DNA of 64,000 nt from a bacterium (lineage in GTDB: Bacteria; Zhuqueibacterota; Zhuqueibacteria; Residuimicrobiales; Krinioviventaceae): assembly GCA_963674595.2 (NCBI GenBank), contig CAXXFV010000001.1, forward strand, positions 1-64,000, read 5' to 3'. Positions 1 to 10,771 of this stretch are shown piece by piece. The notes beneath the pieces were generated by a model that was not told where the DNA came from, did not search any database, and saw only the letters and a list, made by a program, of their open reading frames with translations. Position 1 is the stretch's first letter. Each line of letters starts with the position of its first letter. A program made the position numbers and the translations under genes.

Positions 1-222
1 CCTGTCCTTGAAAAGGCCCATAACAGCGGCAAAGGTGTGTTGGGTATGAAAATTTTCGGATGCGGTGATTTGACGAGTGACAGTGACCGACAGCAATCTC
101 TTGAATATGTGTGGGGAAGCGGTAATGTGGATGCCATGACGATTGGATTTGTCTCTCCGGAACAGATAAACGATGCGATTATACGTACGAATAAAATTTT
201 GAGCAAGTTGGAAAAAAGTTAA
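1..222 (+). CDS. Aldo/keto reductase-family protein, C-terminal part (5' truncated by window edge)
   Basis: Frame open from base 1: PVLEKAHNSGKGVLGMKIFGCG...VDAMTIGFVSPEQI, typical of aldo/keto reductase C-termini. Confidence 0.7.
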   Translation, partial: PVLEKAHNSGKGVLGMKIFGCGDLTSDSDRQQSLEYVWGSGNVDAMTIGFVSPEQINDAIIRTNKILSKLEKS

Positions 223-2107
223 CTGCCTATTGATTCCAGGTATTCCCAGCGGTTATATGAATCGCTCAGTTCCTTTTCCAGTTCAGCAATTCGGTTTTTT
301 GCATCAACGACTTTATGTTTGTCTTTATAAAATTCCGGGTCAGACATTTGTGCATACAGGGTTTGCTGTTCCTTTTCCAGTTCTTCAATAAGAGCAGGCA
401 GTTTTTCCAGTTCTTTATCTTCTTTATAGGTCCGTTTTACTTTTTGACCGGCTTTTTTCTTTTCCTTGTAAATTTTCTTTTTATCAGTTTTGGGGACGGT
501 TTCTTTTCCGTTTGCTGCTGCTCTATTACAAGCCAGTCATCATACCCGCCGATAATTTCTTTGGGATCTTGTTTTTCTGAAAAGACAATGGAACTGGTAA
601 CAACATTGTTTAAAAGCGCCCTGTCATGGGAAATGAGTAAAAGTGTTCCTGGAAAATCATTCAAAAGCTCTTCCAAAAGTTCAAGGGTTTCTGCATCGAG
701 ATCATTTGTGGGTTCATCCAAAATCAGTAAATTTGCCGGTTGTGTAAACAGACGTGCCAGGCACAACCTATTGCGTTCGCCGCCGGACAAACTTATGACC
801 GGTGTTTTTGTCCGTTCCGGAGTAAATAAAAAATCCTGTAAATAGGCAACGACATGTTTTTGTTTGCCGTTAATTGTGATAAAGTCACCGTGTGGATGGA
901 CGTTTTCCCAGATTGATTTGTTCTCATCCAGTTGTTCGCGCATTTGGTCAAAATAGGCAATTTCCAGTTTGGTGCCGTGTTTTACACTGCCTTTATGCGG
1001 CTCCAGTTCGCCGAGTAACAGTCTCACAAGCGTGGTTTTTCCACAGCCGTTTGGACCGATAATACCGACCTTGTCACCGCGCATAATGGTCGTTGAAAAA
1101 TCTGATAATATGGCCTGGTTTTCATAACCAAATGACAAATGTTGAGCTTCAATAACCAATTTCCCGGACTGTTGGGCTGTCGACATTTTAATAGAGGCGG
1201 TGCCCAGTCTTTCTCTTCGTTGTTTACGCTCATTCCGCATCTTAATCAGTTCACGTACACGGCCTTCGTTTCGTGTGCGTCTTGCTTTAATACCTTTGCG
1301 GATCCATATCTCTTCCTGGGAAAGTTTTTTGTCAAACTTTTCCCATTCTTTTTCTTCATTATCCAGAACAGCCTGTTTGCGTTTAAGGAATGTTTCATAA
1401 TCGCAGGACCAGTCTACAAGGTTGCCCCTGTCCAGTTCAATAATACGGGTTGCGAGATTTTTTAACAGCATTCGGTCGTGGGTTACAAATAAAAGCGTTA
1501 TATTTTGCCGGACCAGATACTCTTCAAGCCATTTTATTGTTATAATATCCAGATGATTTGTCGGTTCATCCAAAAGGAGTAAATCCGGTTGTGAAACAAG
1601 GGCCGTTGCCAGTAATACCCGGCGTTTTTGTCCACCGGATAACGTATTATAATCCCAATCCTCTTCTAACTGCATTAAAGTTGTCGTTTTTTGAATTTCC
1701 TCCAATGCTGACCAGGAGTGGTGCCGTTCCATTTCGCTGTGCAATTCATTCAATAATGAATGGTCAGGATCATTTGATGACAATAGACGTTGTTCTTCGT
1801 GATGGTAATTGATTAATAATTTACCTCGTGTTCCCAGTCCCAAAGCAATAATTTCAAAAACCGTCCCGTTTATATTTTGTGGAATCTCCTGGGTAAAATA
1901 AGAAGTACGGATACTTTGTTCCCGGAAAACAGTACCGGAATCGGGGGATAAGCTGCCGTGGATAATTTTCATCAATGTTGATTTGCCGGTCCCGTTTCGC
2001 CCTAATAAACAGATACGCTGACCTTTTTCAATTTGCAGATTTATATCTTCAAGCACATTGGGGCCGCCAAAGGCCATGTTTATATTGGATAATGAAATTA
2101 ATGCCAT
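219..2107 (-). CDS. uup: ABC-F ATPase Uup, frameshifted near 488-495
   Basis: Two ABC cassettes (GRNGTGKS/LSGGQ/LLLDEPTNHLD; GPNGCGKT/LSGGE) and IRKGIKARRTRNEGRVR linker. The Uup C-terminal coiled coil (KRTYKEDKELEKLPALIEELE...YNRWEYLE) continues in the -1 frame to TAA at 219-221. Confidence 0.88.
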
Positions 2108-2362
2108 AATTTTTTCTATTCAAACTAAGATGATTTTTGAACAGTTGATCTCCATTAATAATACTGAATGTTTTTTGCCGGTTCATTATACAATATTGAT
2201 ATTTAAAAGGCAAGTTGAAAAGTGATTGTTGTTTTTGTTGCTATTCTAAAACTTGATAACATTTACTAAAATTTTAATAATATTTGTATGGTTTATTTTT
2301 AAAAATAAAATTTATATCGCCATAAATCTATAAAAAACAAAATGAATTTATTTTTAAAACTT

Positions 2363-2377
2363 TGGCATTTACTTTGC
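2363..2377 (+). promoter_or_regulatory. Sigma54 (-24/-12) promoter candidate upstream of cheW
   Basis: TGGCAT-TTACT-TTGC matches TGGCAC-N5-TTGC spacing, about 90 nt before the cheW ATG; lies within an inverted repeat (2360-2382). Confidence 0.55.
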
Positions 2378-2468
2378 CAAAGGATAATTGTTTATCGCTG
2401 GTATTTCAGTTAAATAAAAAGGTTTTTTAATTTGAATTTGGGAAAAATTGTTGATGACGGGAGGAAGC

Positions 2469-2978
2469 ATGGATCTTAAAAAAAACAATTCCGAAACTGT
2501 TATTCAAAAAAATCGTGAGGGCGACTATCTTACATTTTTTTTGGGACATGAAGAATATGCTATAGAAATTCTTAAAGTTGTGGAAATTGTAGGATTCATT
2601 GAACCGACTTGCATTCCCAGGACTCCGGCTTATATACTGGGAATAATAAATTTACGTGGAAAAATTTTACCGGTTTTAGATTTACGGCTAAAATTTAATA
2701 TGGAGCAGGTTGACAGAACAGAAGAGACGGTGATAATTGATGTGCAGGTTGGCGGCGTTGAGATGGGCGTTGTTGTTGATCGGGTTTCCGAGGTTTTGAA
2801 CATAAAAAAGGATGCTATTGAAGATGCTCCTAATTTTGGAGCAGAAGCAGACGTTGATTTTATTTTAGGAATTGCAAAAGTATCAGATAGTGTAAAAATT
2901 ATGCTGGATATTGAACGAGTTTTGTCATCCAGTATTTCTCAGGTAAGTCAATTAGTAGAAAAAGTAAAAGCAGCATAA
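2469..2978 (+). CDS. cheW: Chemotaxis coupling protein CheW
   Basis: YLTFFLGHEEYAIEILKVVEI, IPRTPAYILGIINLRGKILPVLDLRLKF, GVVVDRVSEV; ATG 2469 follows GGAGG. Confidence 0.93.
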   Translation: MDLKKNNSETVIQKNREGDYLTFFLGHEEYAIEILKVVEIVGFIEPTCIPRTPAYILGIINLRGKILPVLDLRLKFNMEQVDRTEETVIIDVQVGGVEMGVVVDRVSEVLNIKKDAIEDAPNFGAEADVDFILGIAKVSDSVKIMLDIERVLSSSISQVSQLVEKVKAA

Positions 2979-3066
2979 TAAAATGGGCGTTGTGGAGTTT
3001 GAATCGGTTTTTATAGAAAAGAAATACTTTTTCTGATGTAAAGGGATTCAAGATCGGGAGGTCAAA

Positions 3067-4680
3067 ATGTTTAAGAATTTGTTTAAAAGTAAAAAAAGTA
3101 ATGTAAGCCTTGAAAAAGTTATTAATTCTGTTGCAACCACCATGTTTATCGTGGATAAAGATTTAGTTGTTACCCAAATAAGTGATGCAACCCTGTCTGC
3201 ATTGGGGTATTCCAAAGAAGAGGTTGTTGGGAAACTGACATGTGCTGATATTTGTAAAACACCTTTATGCGGAACTTCTGATTGTACAATAAAAAATTGT
3301 ATGGCAAAAAGAATAAATATTGTCGGTGAAACAGTTGCGACCACCCGTAATGGAAATAAAATTCCAATTGCCGCCGCTTGTAGTGCTATGTTTGATGAAC
3401 AAGATAATCCTATTGGCGGTATGGAAGTGATCTTTGATCTATCAGAACAGAAAAAGTGTATTGATCAGGTGAACCAACTTTGTATTGCGGCCCGGGAAGG
3501 TGACTTGAAAAAACGTATGGATGTTTCAAGTGTTACAGGTGATTATGCCGCTGTTTATAATTCGGTTAATACAATGCTTGATGAAATATTGCAGCCTATA
3601 AATGAAGCAGCCCAGGTTTTGGAAAAGATGGCTTCGCGTGATTTAAGCTCCCGGTTGGTCGGTGATTATAAAGGCGATCATGCAAAAATTAAAAATGCAC
3701 TTAATTTAGCTGTTGAAAATCTTGATAACGGTATGCTGCAGGTTTCCGTGTCTTCGGAACAGGTGGCATCTGCTTCTGAACAAATTGGTACAGGCAGTCA
3801 GGCATTGGCCCAGGGTGCTTCTGAACAGGCCAGTTCTCTCGAAGAAGTTTCCGGCAATCTCCAGGAAATGGCAGCCATGACAAAACAAAATGCTGCTACT
3901 GCCAAAGAAGCCGACAGCGTTGTTGAGGATGCCAGAGCGATTGCTCATAAAGGCGCTGAAAATATGAGCGGTCTTTCGGAAGCAATTGATCTTATAAAAA
4001 CATCTTCGGACGAAACAGCCAAAATTATTAAAACCATTGATGAAATTGCTTTTCAAACAAATCTGCTGGCATTGAATGCTGCTGTTGAAGCGGCCAGGGC
4101 CGGTGAAGCGGGCAAAGGATTTGCTGTCGTTGCCGAAGAAGTGCGAAATTTAGCCATTCGAAGTGCAGAAGCGGCGAAAAATACGGCTTCTATGATTGAC
4201 GGATCCATTAAAAATGCAAACAATGGTGTAACCTTAAATGAACAGGTTAATGACGTGTTGACCTCGTTAACAGACAGGGTCAATAAAATTAGTGAAATGA
4301 TGAATGAAATTGTTGCTGCATCTGAACAGCAAAATGAAGGTATAGATCAGATAAATACGGCCGTTGAACAGATGAACCAGTTAACGCAACAGAGTGCTGC
4401 AAATTCGGAAGAATCTGCAAGCTCTGCAGAAGAATTATCAAGTCAGGCTGAGGAATTAAGTTCACTGGTATCTAACTTTAAATTAAGTAAAAAAATGACC
4501 GGTATGAGAAATGTTTCCGAGCCGACTCAAAACATCCCGGTTTTTAGGAAAAATGTTTCTGAAGAAAATATTTTTAATCCCGAATCATTCATACCCTTTG
4601 ACAATCATGGTAATGGAAATGGGAACGGTAATGGAAATGGTTCGGAATCCGAACATTTGAATGTATTGAGCACTTTTTAA
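3067..4680 (+). CDS. Soluble methyl-accepting chemotaxis protein (Cys-rich PAS, HAMP, MA domain)
   Basis: [37 protein letters not shown] signalling motif; no TM helix; PAS with [20 protein letters not shown]. Confidence 0.92.
   Translation: MFKNLFKSKKSNVSLEKVINSVATTMFIVDKDLVVTQISDATLSALGYSKEEVVGKLTCADICKTPLCGTSDCTIKNCMAKRINIVGETVATTRNGNKIPIAAACSAMFDEQDNPIGGMEVIFDLSEQKKCIDQVNQLCIAAREGDLKKRMDVSSVTGDYAAVYNSVNTMLDEILQPINEAAQVLEKMASRDLSSRLVGDYKGDHAKIKNALNLAVENLDNGMLQVSVSSEQVASASEQIGTGSQALAQGASEQASSLEEVSGNLQEMAAMTKQNAATAKEADSVVEDARAIAHKGAENMSGLSEAIDLIKTSSDETAKIIKTIDEIAFQTNLLALNAAVEAARAGEAGKGFAVVAEEVRNLAIRSAEAAKNTASMIDGSIKNANNGVTLNEQVNDVLTSLTDRVNKISEMMNEIVAASEQQNEGIDQINTAVEQMNQLTQQSAANSEESASSAEELSSQAEELSSLVSNFKLSKKMTGMRNVSEPTQNIPVFRKNVSEENIFNPESFIPFDNHGNGNGNGNGNGSESEHLNVLSTF
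4609..4641 (+). repeat. (Gly-Asn)5 low-complexity repeat in the chemoreceptor C-terminal tether
   Basis: ggtaatggaaat-gggaac-ggtaatggaaat-ggt encodes GNGNGNGNGNG. Confidence 0.8.
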
Positions 4681-4723
4681 AATTTTCCTCTTAAAATCCA
4701 TCGTAGCAGGCGTCCTCTAAAAG

Positions 4724-4760
4724 TCGTTATAGCCTGTTTCTTCCAGACAGGCTATAACGA
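4724..4760 (+). terminator. Strong stem-loop after the chemoreceptor gene
   Basis: tcgttatagcctgt...acaggctataacga, 14-bp perfect inverted repeat; no clear U-tract. Confidence 0.55.
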
Positions 4761-4870
4761 TCCCCTCTTGAAAAAAAATGCGAAATAAATTTTTCTCCTT
4801 GAATAAGTTTAGGTTTTATTGTAAGTTAATAAAATCAGGTAACATTGTTTAAACAGGAATGAGGTGGCTT

Positions 4871-5875
4871 GTGAAAAAACAAAAACTTTTATTACTGTCT
4901 GTTTTATGTCTTGTGTTTTTTTGTATCCATGAAATCTATGCACAAAAAGTACCAACTGGTAATCCGGCAGATTTTAAGGTAAAAACCTGTTTACATTCTG
5001 TTAGTTATGCCGGGTTTTGGCGGGGACAGGCTTTTCTTACTGTTGACCAGTTTTTAGAAAAGGCCAAAGAACTCGGATACGATGGCGTTATGCTTGTTGC
5101 CAAGCGCCCTCATGTATCTCCATTTGATTATGATGCCCAAGCACGTAAAAAACTGGCCCAAAAAATTAAAGACCTTGATCTTGAATTGGTCTGTTTGGCC
5201 GGCTATACGGATTTTACTGCCGGAGTTGACAAACCGGGCATTCCAAATGTTGAAATTCAGGCAACTTATGTCGGAGAAATAGCCAAACTGGCCCGCGATT
5301 TGGGCACAAATATGGTTCGCATATTTACCGGTTATGAACGGGAGGGGATCCCCTATGACAAACAATATGCAATGGTTGTTGAAGGACTTAGACTTGCCGG
5401 TAAAAAGGCCGCAGAATATGGGGTGACGCTTGTTGTGCAAAATCATCATGATATTGCCCTGCATCATAATGCCATGTATTGGCTTTTAAAAGAAGTGAAT
5501 CTTGATAATGTAAAAGCCGGTTGGGACGCCTGGTCACCTACATTGGAAGGACTCAGTACTGAAGAAATCAAAGAATCCATTTACAAAATGAAACCCTATA
5601 TTGTAAACACGATTGCCGCAAATTATATACGAATGCCGCGATATCATTATGAGCATCATTTGACAAATTATCTGAGACAGGATGATGTGTTGCGAGCCGT
5701 GCCCATGGGAGAAGGCATTATTGATTACAAAACGTTTTTTAACACATTAAAAGAAATTGGTTATCAGGGATACCTTGTTTATGAAATGTGTGAAGTTTTG
5801 GACGGCGGCGGTTCCATTGAGAACCTTGATAAAACGGCCAAGTTGTTTTTAGAATATGTGAATCAGTTTGAATAA
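4871..5875 (+). CDS. Sugar phosphate isomerase/epimerase-family TIM-barrel protein with signal peptide
   Basis: KAKELGYDGV, VQNHHD, GEGIIDY, GYQGYLVYEMC motifs; basic plus hydrophobic N-terminus; GTG after GAGGT. Confidence 0.78.
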   Translation: MKKQKLLLLSVLCLVFFCIHEIYAQKVPTGNPADFKVKTCLHSVSYAGFWRGQAFLTVDQFLEKAKELGYDGVMLVAKRPHVSPFDYDAQARKKLAQKIKDLDLELVCLAGYTDFTAGVDKPGIPNVEIQATYVGEIAKLARDLGTNMVRIFTGYEREGIPYDKQYAMVVEGLRLAGKKAAEYGVTLVVQNHHDIALHHNAMYWLLKEVNLDNVKAGWDAWSPTLEGLSTEEIKESIYKMKPYIVNTIAANYIRMPRYHYEHHLTNYLRQDDVLRAVPMGEGIIDYKTFFNTLKEIGYQGYLVYEMCEVLDGGGSIENLDKTAKLFLEYVNQFE

Positions 5876-5881
5876 AATTTT

Positions 5882-5909
5882 AGCCCTGTTCAAAAGACAG
5901 GGCTTTTTT
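5882..5909 (+). terminator. Rho-independent terminator
   Basis: agccctgt-tcaaaag-acagggct followed by a T run. Confidence 0.8.
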
Positions 5910-6091
5910 ATTTGCTTTAGGCTGTCTTGCCCTCATGGTGTTATGTTTCGTTTGACAGGGAATGATTGAGTTCTTGCCGTGTAATAATAATATTTATATA
6001 TTTAAAAAATGGAAAATTTTAATAAAGATATGGACTCTGGTTGAGTCTTTCTATAGGAATATTTATCAATTTTTAAGAGTGGATTGATAAA

Positions 6092-8281
6092 ATGAATTAT
6101 TTATCGTTTTGTCTTGGTGTGTTTTCCATCATTATTCAAACGATTTTGTTAAGACAAATTTATTCAAATTTTTATGGAAATGAATTATGTGTTAGTTTTG
6201 GATTATCTGTCTGGATGATCTGTTTTGCCCTTGGCAGTTATATCGGCTCCTTTTTTAAAAAAATTACTGAAAAAAAGATTATTTATATTTTACTGGTCGG
6301 GTGTTTATATGCGTTAATCTCCGGATGGCTTTTATCATGGATTCGTTATTTGTTGCCGGTCTCTATCGGAGAGTATTTAAATATATTTCAACTCTTTATC
6401 ATTTTTGGATTTATGCTTTTTGTGCCATGTTTGCTAATGGGCATGGCATTTACATTTATTACTTTTAAAAAGATTAATGAAAAGGGGGAGCCTGCTGCAA
6501 ACGTATATTTTTGGGAATCTTTGGGGAGTTTTATAGGCGGATGTGTAACAAGTTTTGTATTGGTTAAATGGTTGTCAAACAGCCAGATTTTAATGGTTAC
6601 AGGATGTGTTTTTTCAATTTTTCTTTTGTTTAAAGCAAAAGGTTTGCTTCGATTTTTTTATGCAGCCTTTTTCCTGTTAATAATCTGTTTTTCATATTTA
6701 GGCGGAATGGACCGTTTTTTTGAAAGTATTTATTGGAAATCATTTTTACCCGGTTCACAGGTTGTTTCTTTGGAGCATGACAAATATGGCAAGAATACAA
6801 TCATAAAATGGGGAGGAGAGTATTTTTTATATTCAAACGGTCATCGGGTATCCACAATTCCGGATTCTCTATCACATCAGGCTTTATCTGCCTTAATACT
6901 GTCACAGCATAAAGAACCTCATGATGTGTTATTGGTTGGTGGCGGCCTTGGCGGGCTTGCTCCTGAATTGGCAAGGTATCCTCTGGTCCGAACAACATAC
7001 ATTGAGTTGGATGAAAACGCTTTTCAAGAGTGTCAAGTGGTTTTATCACAAGCCGAACAGGAGAATTGGAAAAATAAAAATTTATCTGTCCGTTTTGCTG
7101 ATGGCTATCACGTATTGAAAAATGAGTCAAAAAAGTATGATATTATAACAATTTGTCTTGGGCAGCCAATGTCGGCATTTATAAATCGTTATTATACCAG
7201 AGAATTTTTTCAATTGGTCAGCGCTCGCCTTAATGAAAATGGTGTTTTTGTAATATGTAACTTTCCGTCCTCGGAAAATTATCTGGATGAGGAAAGTTTG
7301 TTTTTGAACCAATCTGTGTTCCAAACTCTAAAGATGGTTTTTAATCATGTTTTGGTTTTGCCCGGCGATGCGGCTGTTTACTTTGCAACGAACTCTGAAA
7401 AAGGAATTGTTTCGGATACGGAACTTTTAACAAACCGTTATAATAGATTTGAGATACATCAAAAGTATTTTAATCCTGTTATGTTTCAGATGTTTTATTT
7501 TCCGGACAGGTTAGAGTCTTTAAATAAAAAACTGGCAGGTCAGCAATTTGGGACCATTAATTTAGCAACGAGGCCTACAAATTATATTGTTGATTTTTTA
7601 CACTGGATAAAATTAACAACCCACAATATAAAAAATTTCCGAAAAATCTTGACAATTCGTCCGCTTTGGGGATGGAGTGTTTTTTTATTATTGGGAACAT
7701 TGTGGATGGTCATTTCTTTACTTTACAAACCGGCAAGGAATACGGGAACAGCCATAATAGCTGCCATTGTTGGTTTTACCGGAATTTCTTTGCAAATTTC
7801 TCTTATACTATTATTTCAGATTGTAAAGGGGTTTTTATATAATTGGCTTGGCTTTTTATTTGCCTTGTTTATGCTTGGAACAGCCCTATCTGTTAAAATA
7901 ATTAACAACAAACTTGATGTGCTGTCACCTGTAAAAGGTTTATTATACATTCTGAGTGGTTTTGTGATATTTAGTATCCTTTTGCTTTTTATTACAACAG
8001 AGTCGGACAATATGAATTATATTGTTTTTTTATTTTTCATCTTTGGCTCCGGTGCGTTAACAGGTGCTGCTTTTCCCCTGCTTTGCAGACTAAATTCTTT
8101 AAAAACCAAACGGGCAAAATTGGGGGCCATCTATGCTTCTGATTTGGCTGGTGCTTCTATCGGGGCGTTCCTTGTCAGTGGTTTTTTTATTCCGGTATGG
8201 GGTATTTTTAACACTTTAAGTTTGAATGTAATAATGGCCCTGTTTTGTATTTTATATTTGACTTTCGTTATAAAAAAGTAG
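6092..8281 (+). CDS. Membrane protein with central spermidine synthase-like (SAM-binding) domain
   Basis: TM blocks at both ends; VLLVGGGLGG, YIELDE, ADG, YYTREFF...LNENGV; C-terminal IYASDLAGASIGA. Confidence 0.75.
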   Translation: MNYLSFCLGVFSIIIQTILLRQIYSNFYGNELCVSFGLSVWMICFALGSYIGSFFKKITEKKIIYILLVGCLYALISGWLLSWIRYLLPVSIGEYLNIFQLFIIFGFMLFVPCLLMGMAFTFITFKKINEKGEPAANVYFWESLGSFIGGCVTSFVLVKWLSNSQILMVTGCVFSIFLLFKAKGLLRFFYAAFFLLIICFSYLGGMDRFFESIYWKSFLPGSQVVSLEHDKYGKNTIIKWGGEYFLYSNGHRVSTIPDSLSHQALSALILSQHKEPHDVLLVGGGLGGLAPELARYPLVRTTYIELDENAFQECQVVLSQAEQENWKNKNLSVRFADGYHVLKNESKKYDIITICLGQPMSAFINRYYTREFFQLVSARLNENGVFVICNFPSSENYLDEESLFLNQSVFQTLKMVFNHVLVLPGDAAVYFATNSEKGIVSDTELLTNRYNRFEIHQKYFNPVMFQMFYFPDRLESLNKKLAGQQFGTINLATRPTNYIVDFLHWIKLTTHNIKNFRKILTIRPLWGWSVFLLLGTLWMVISLLYKPARNTGTAIIAAIVGFTGISLQISLILLFQIVKGFLYNWLGFLFALFMLGTALSVKIINNKLDVLSPVKGLLYILSGFVIFSILLLFITTESDNMNYIVFLFFIFGSGALTGAAFPLLCRLNSLKTKRAKLGAIYASDLAGASIGAFLVSGFFIPVWGIFNTLSLNVIMALFCILYLTFVIKK

Positions 8282-8366
8282 CTTTTTCTATTATTCTATT
8301 TTGATTTTTAAGAAATTTCACTATATTGCCGGTTAACACAAATTAAGACTTTGAGGTTAACGCATT

Positions 8367-10715
8367 ATGATAGACTTTCATTCAGAAGTTCAAAAAATTG
8401 CCGTTCAAAACAGTGGTCGGAAACTCAAATATACGCCAACTGAAAAAATTGGTGTTGTTGAAGTTAATAATTTTCCATCACTTGGTAAAATAGCAGCTTT
8501 AACTTTTTTAGAATGGGTTATTCAAAATCCTGATGGAGTTATTTCATTACCCACTGGAAAAACCCCGGAACATTTTATTAAATGGGTTACTCATTATTTA
8601 CAAAATTGGGATTTGCCTTCTGTTAAAGCAGACTTTGAAAAAAATGGATTGGTTCCCCCTAAAAAACGGCCGGATATGTCGTTATTGCGATTTGTGCAAA
8701 TCGATGAATTCTATCCGATAAATCCTACTCAGAATAATAGTTTTAATCATTACATTGAAAAGTTTTACATACGCGGTTTTGGATTGGACCGCAATAATGC
8801 ATTGTTAATAGATGCCTGGACTACGGGGATCCCTAAGGGAAAAACAACCCTTGATGTTTTTCCTGAAGAAGTGGTAGATTTGTCACTTAGAACACGATTT
8901 GGTAAAACAAGGCAGGAAAGACTTCAAAAGGAAGTCCTGGAACGTGTTGATCAATATTGCACTGATTATGAATCCCAAATTCGTGACATGGGAGGCATTG
9001 GCTTCTTTTTAGGCGGCATCGGTCCGGACGGACATATTGGTTTTAATGTTAAAGGATCAGATCATTATTCCACAACCCGGTTAACCGCTACAAACTATGA
9101 AACACAGGCCTCGGCTGCCGGTGATTTAGGCGGTATTGAGGTTGCACGCAACCGTCTGGTTATAACCATTGGTTTATCGACGATAACTTATAATCCGAAA
9201 ACAGTGGCAATTATCATTGCTGCCGGCGAGGCTAAAGCCAAAGTCGTTAGGGATGGCATTGAAAGTAACCCTTCCAATAACTATCCGGCTACCGTTCTTC
9301 AAAAATTAAAACACGCCCGTTTTTATCTTACAAAAGGGGCTGCTTCTCAGTTGATTGAACGAAAATGTCAGGATTATGAACAAAAGACAGCACTTTCCGA
9401 ACAGGATGTTGAACAAATTACTTTTGACATGTCGTTGGATAATAATAAAAAATTAACGGAACTTTCTGCAAGTGATTTTTCTTCATCAAGATTGGGGAAA
9501 ATAGTTTTATCAAAAACAAAAACAAAACCGGATGTTATTATAAAAACCGTTAATCAAAGTTTGATCGATAAAATTAACAAAGGATTAGCGCCTGTAGAAG
9601 ACCAGGTGTTTATGCACACAGCGCCGCATCATGATGATATTATGCTCGGTTATTGGGCTTATATTATTCATCTGGTTCGAACGCCACGCAATCAACATCA
9701 TTTCAATTATATGACAAGTGGATTTAACGCTGTTACTAATAATTATGCACGCACGCTACTGGAAAATTTACTTGCACTCATGGATTTGCCAATTTTTCAA
9801 CAGTTGTTGAATGCGAACTATTTTGATCCAAACGATGATGCCGCAAGAAACAGAGATGTCTATCAATATCTGGATGGAGTTGCGGCACATAGCGGTTCAA
9901 TGCAACGCGAAGGTGAAGCACGCCGGATTTTACGGAATTTGATTTTTATGTTTGAAGAATCAAGTTTAACTCAATTGAAAAATCGTGTTTCTGAATTAAT
10001 AATGTATTTTAAAACGCAATATCCGGGTAAAAAGGATTTGCCCTATATCCAACAATTTAAAGGTATGATTCGGGAATGGGAAGCTGATTTATTATGGGGA
10101 TATTTAGGATTTAATAATAAAAATGTAAACCACATGCGGCTTGGTTTTTATAAAGGGGATATCTTTACTGAAGAACCCAATTTTGAACGTGATGTAACGC
10201 CTGTATTAAACTTGTTAAGAAAAATTAATCCAACTGTTGTTACAGTTGCTTTAGATCCGGAGGGAAGTGGTCCGGATACGCATTATAAAGTTTTACAGGT
10301 TATGGCAGAAGCTTTGAAAAAATATGAAGCGTTGACCGGCAGGAAGGACATTCAAGTTTGGGGCTATCGAAATGTCTGGTACCGCTTTCATGCTGCTGAT
10401 GCGGATATGTTGGTTCCTGTATCATTAAATTCACTGGCAGTTTTGGAAAATGCTTTTGAAAAATCTTTTGGTTCTCAACGGGATGCTTCTTTTCCGAGTT
10501 ATGAACTGGATGGTCCGTTTTCACGCCTGGCGCGAAGAATTATGGTTGAACAATATCAACATATCAAAACGTGTCTGGGACGTGAATTCTTCAACGAAAG
10601 CGACCACCCCAGGTTGCGGGCCAGTCATGGTATGGTGTATATTAAAAAGATGTCACTGTCTGAATTTTATAATACTTCTATTCAATTACGCAAGTCTACG
10701 GAAGATTTTAAGTAA
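8367..10715 (+). CDS. nagB: Glucosamine-6-phosphate deaminase fused to a PIG-L-type deacetylase domain
   Basis: ISLPTGKTP, QIDEF, FLGGIGPDGHIGFN (NagB); APHHDDIMLG and GPDTH (PIG-L-like). Confidence 0.8.
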   Translation: MIDFHSEVQKIAVQNSGRKLKYTPTEKIGVVEVNNFPSLGKIAALTFLEWVIQNPDGVISLPTGKTPEHFIKWVTHYLQNWDLPSVKADFEKNGLVPPKKRPDMSLLRFVQIDEFYPINPTQNNSFNHYIEKFYIRGFGLDRNNALLIDAWTTGIPKGKTTLDVFPEEVVDLSLRTRFGKTRQERLQKEVLERVDQYCTDYESQIRDMGGIGFFLGGIGPDGHIGFNVKGSDHYSTTRLTATNYETQASAAGDLGGIEVARNRLVITIGLSTITYNPKTVAIIIAAGEAKAKVVRDGIESNPSNNYPATVLQKLKHARFYLTKGAASQLIERKCQDYEQKTALSEQDVEQITFDMSLDNNKKLTELSASDFSSSRLGKIVLSKTKTKPDVIIKTVNQSLIDKINKGLAPVEDQVFMHTAPHHDDIMLGYWAYIIHLVRTPRNQHHFNYMTSGFNAVTNNYARTLLENLLALMDLPIFQQLLNANYFDPNDDAARNRDVYQYLDGVAAHSGSMQREGEARRILRNLIFMFEESSLTQLKNRVSELIMYFKTQYPGKKDLPYIQQFKGMIREWEADLLWGYLGFNNKNVNHMRLGFYKGDIFTEEPNFERDVTPVLNLLRKINPTVVTVALDPEGSGPDTHYKVLQVMAEALKKYEALTGRKDIQVWGYRNVWYRFHAADADMLVPVSLNSLAVLENAFEKSFGSQRDASFPSYELDGPFSRLARRIMVEQYQHIKTCLGREFFNESDHPRLRASHGMVYIKKMSLSEFYNTSIQLRKSTEDFK

Positions 10716-10732
10716 CTTTTTTATGGCAGTTT

Positions 10733-10771
10733 AAGCGAATTCATCTTTTATGGTGAATTCGCTTTTTTTTT
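10733..10771 (+). terminator. Rho-independent terminator
   Basis: aagcgaattca...tgaattcgctt followed by a long T run. Confidence 0.85.

Noticed and set aside
315-1812. Plus-strand ORFs opposite uup, and similar short antisense or alternate-frame ORFs throughout the track
   Set aside because: They shadow well-supported genes and have no RBS or recognisable motifs
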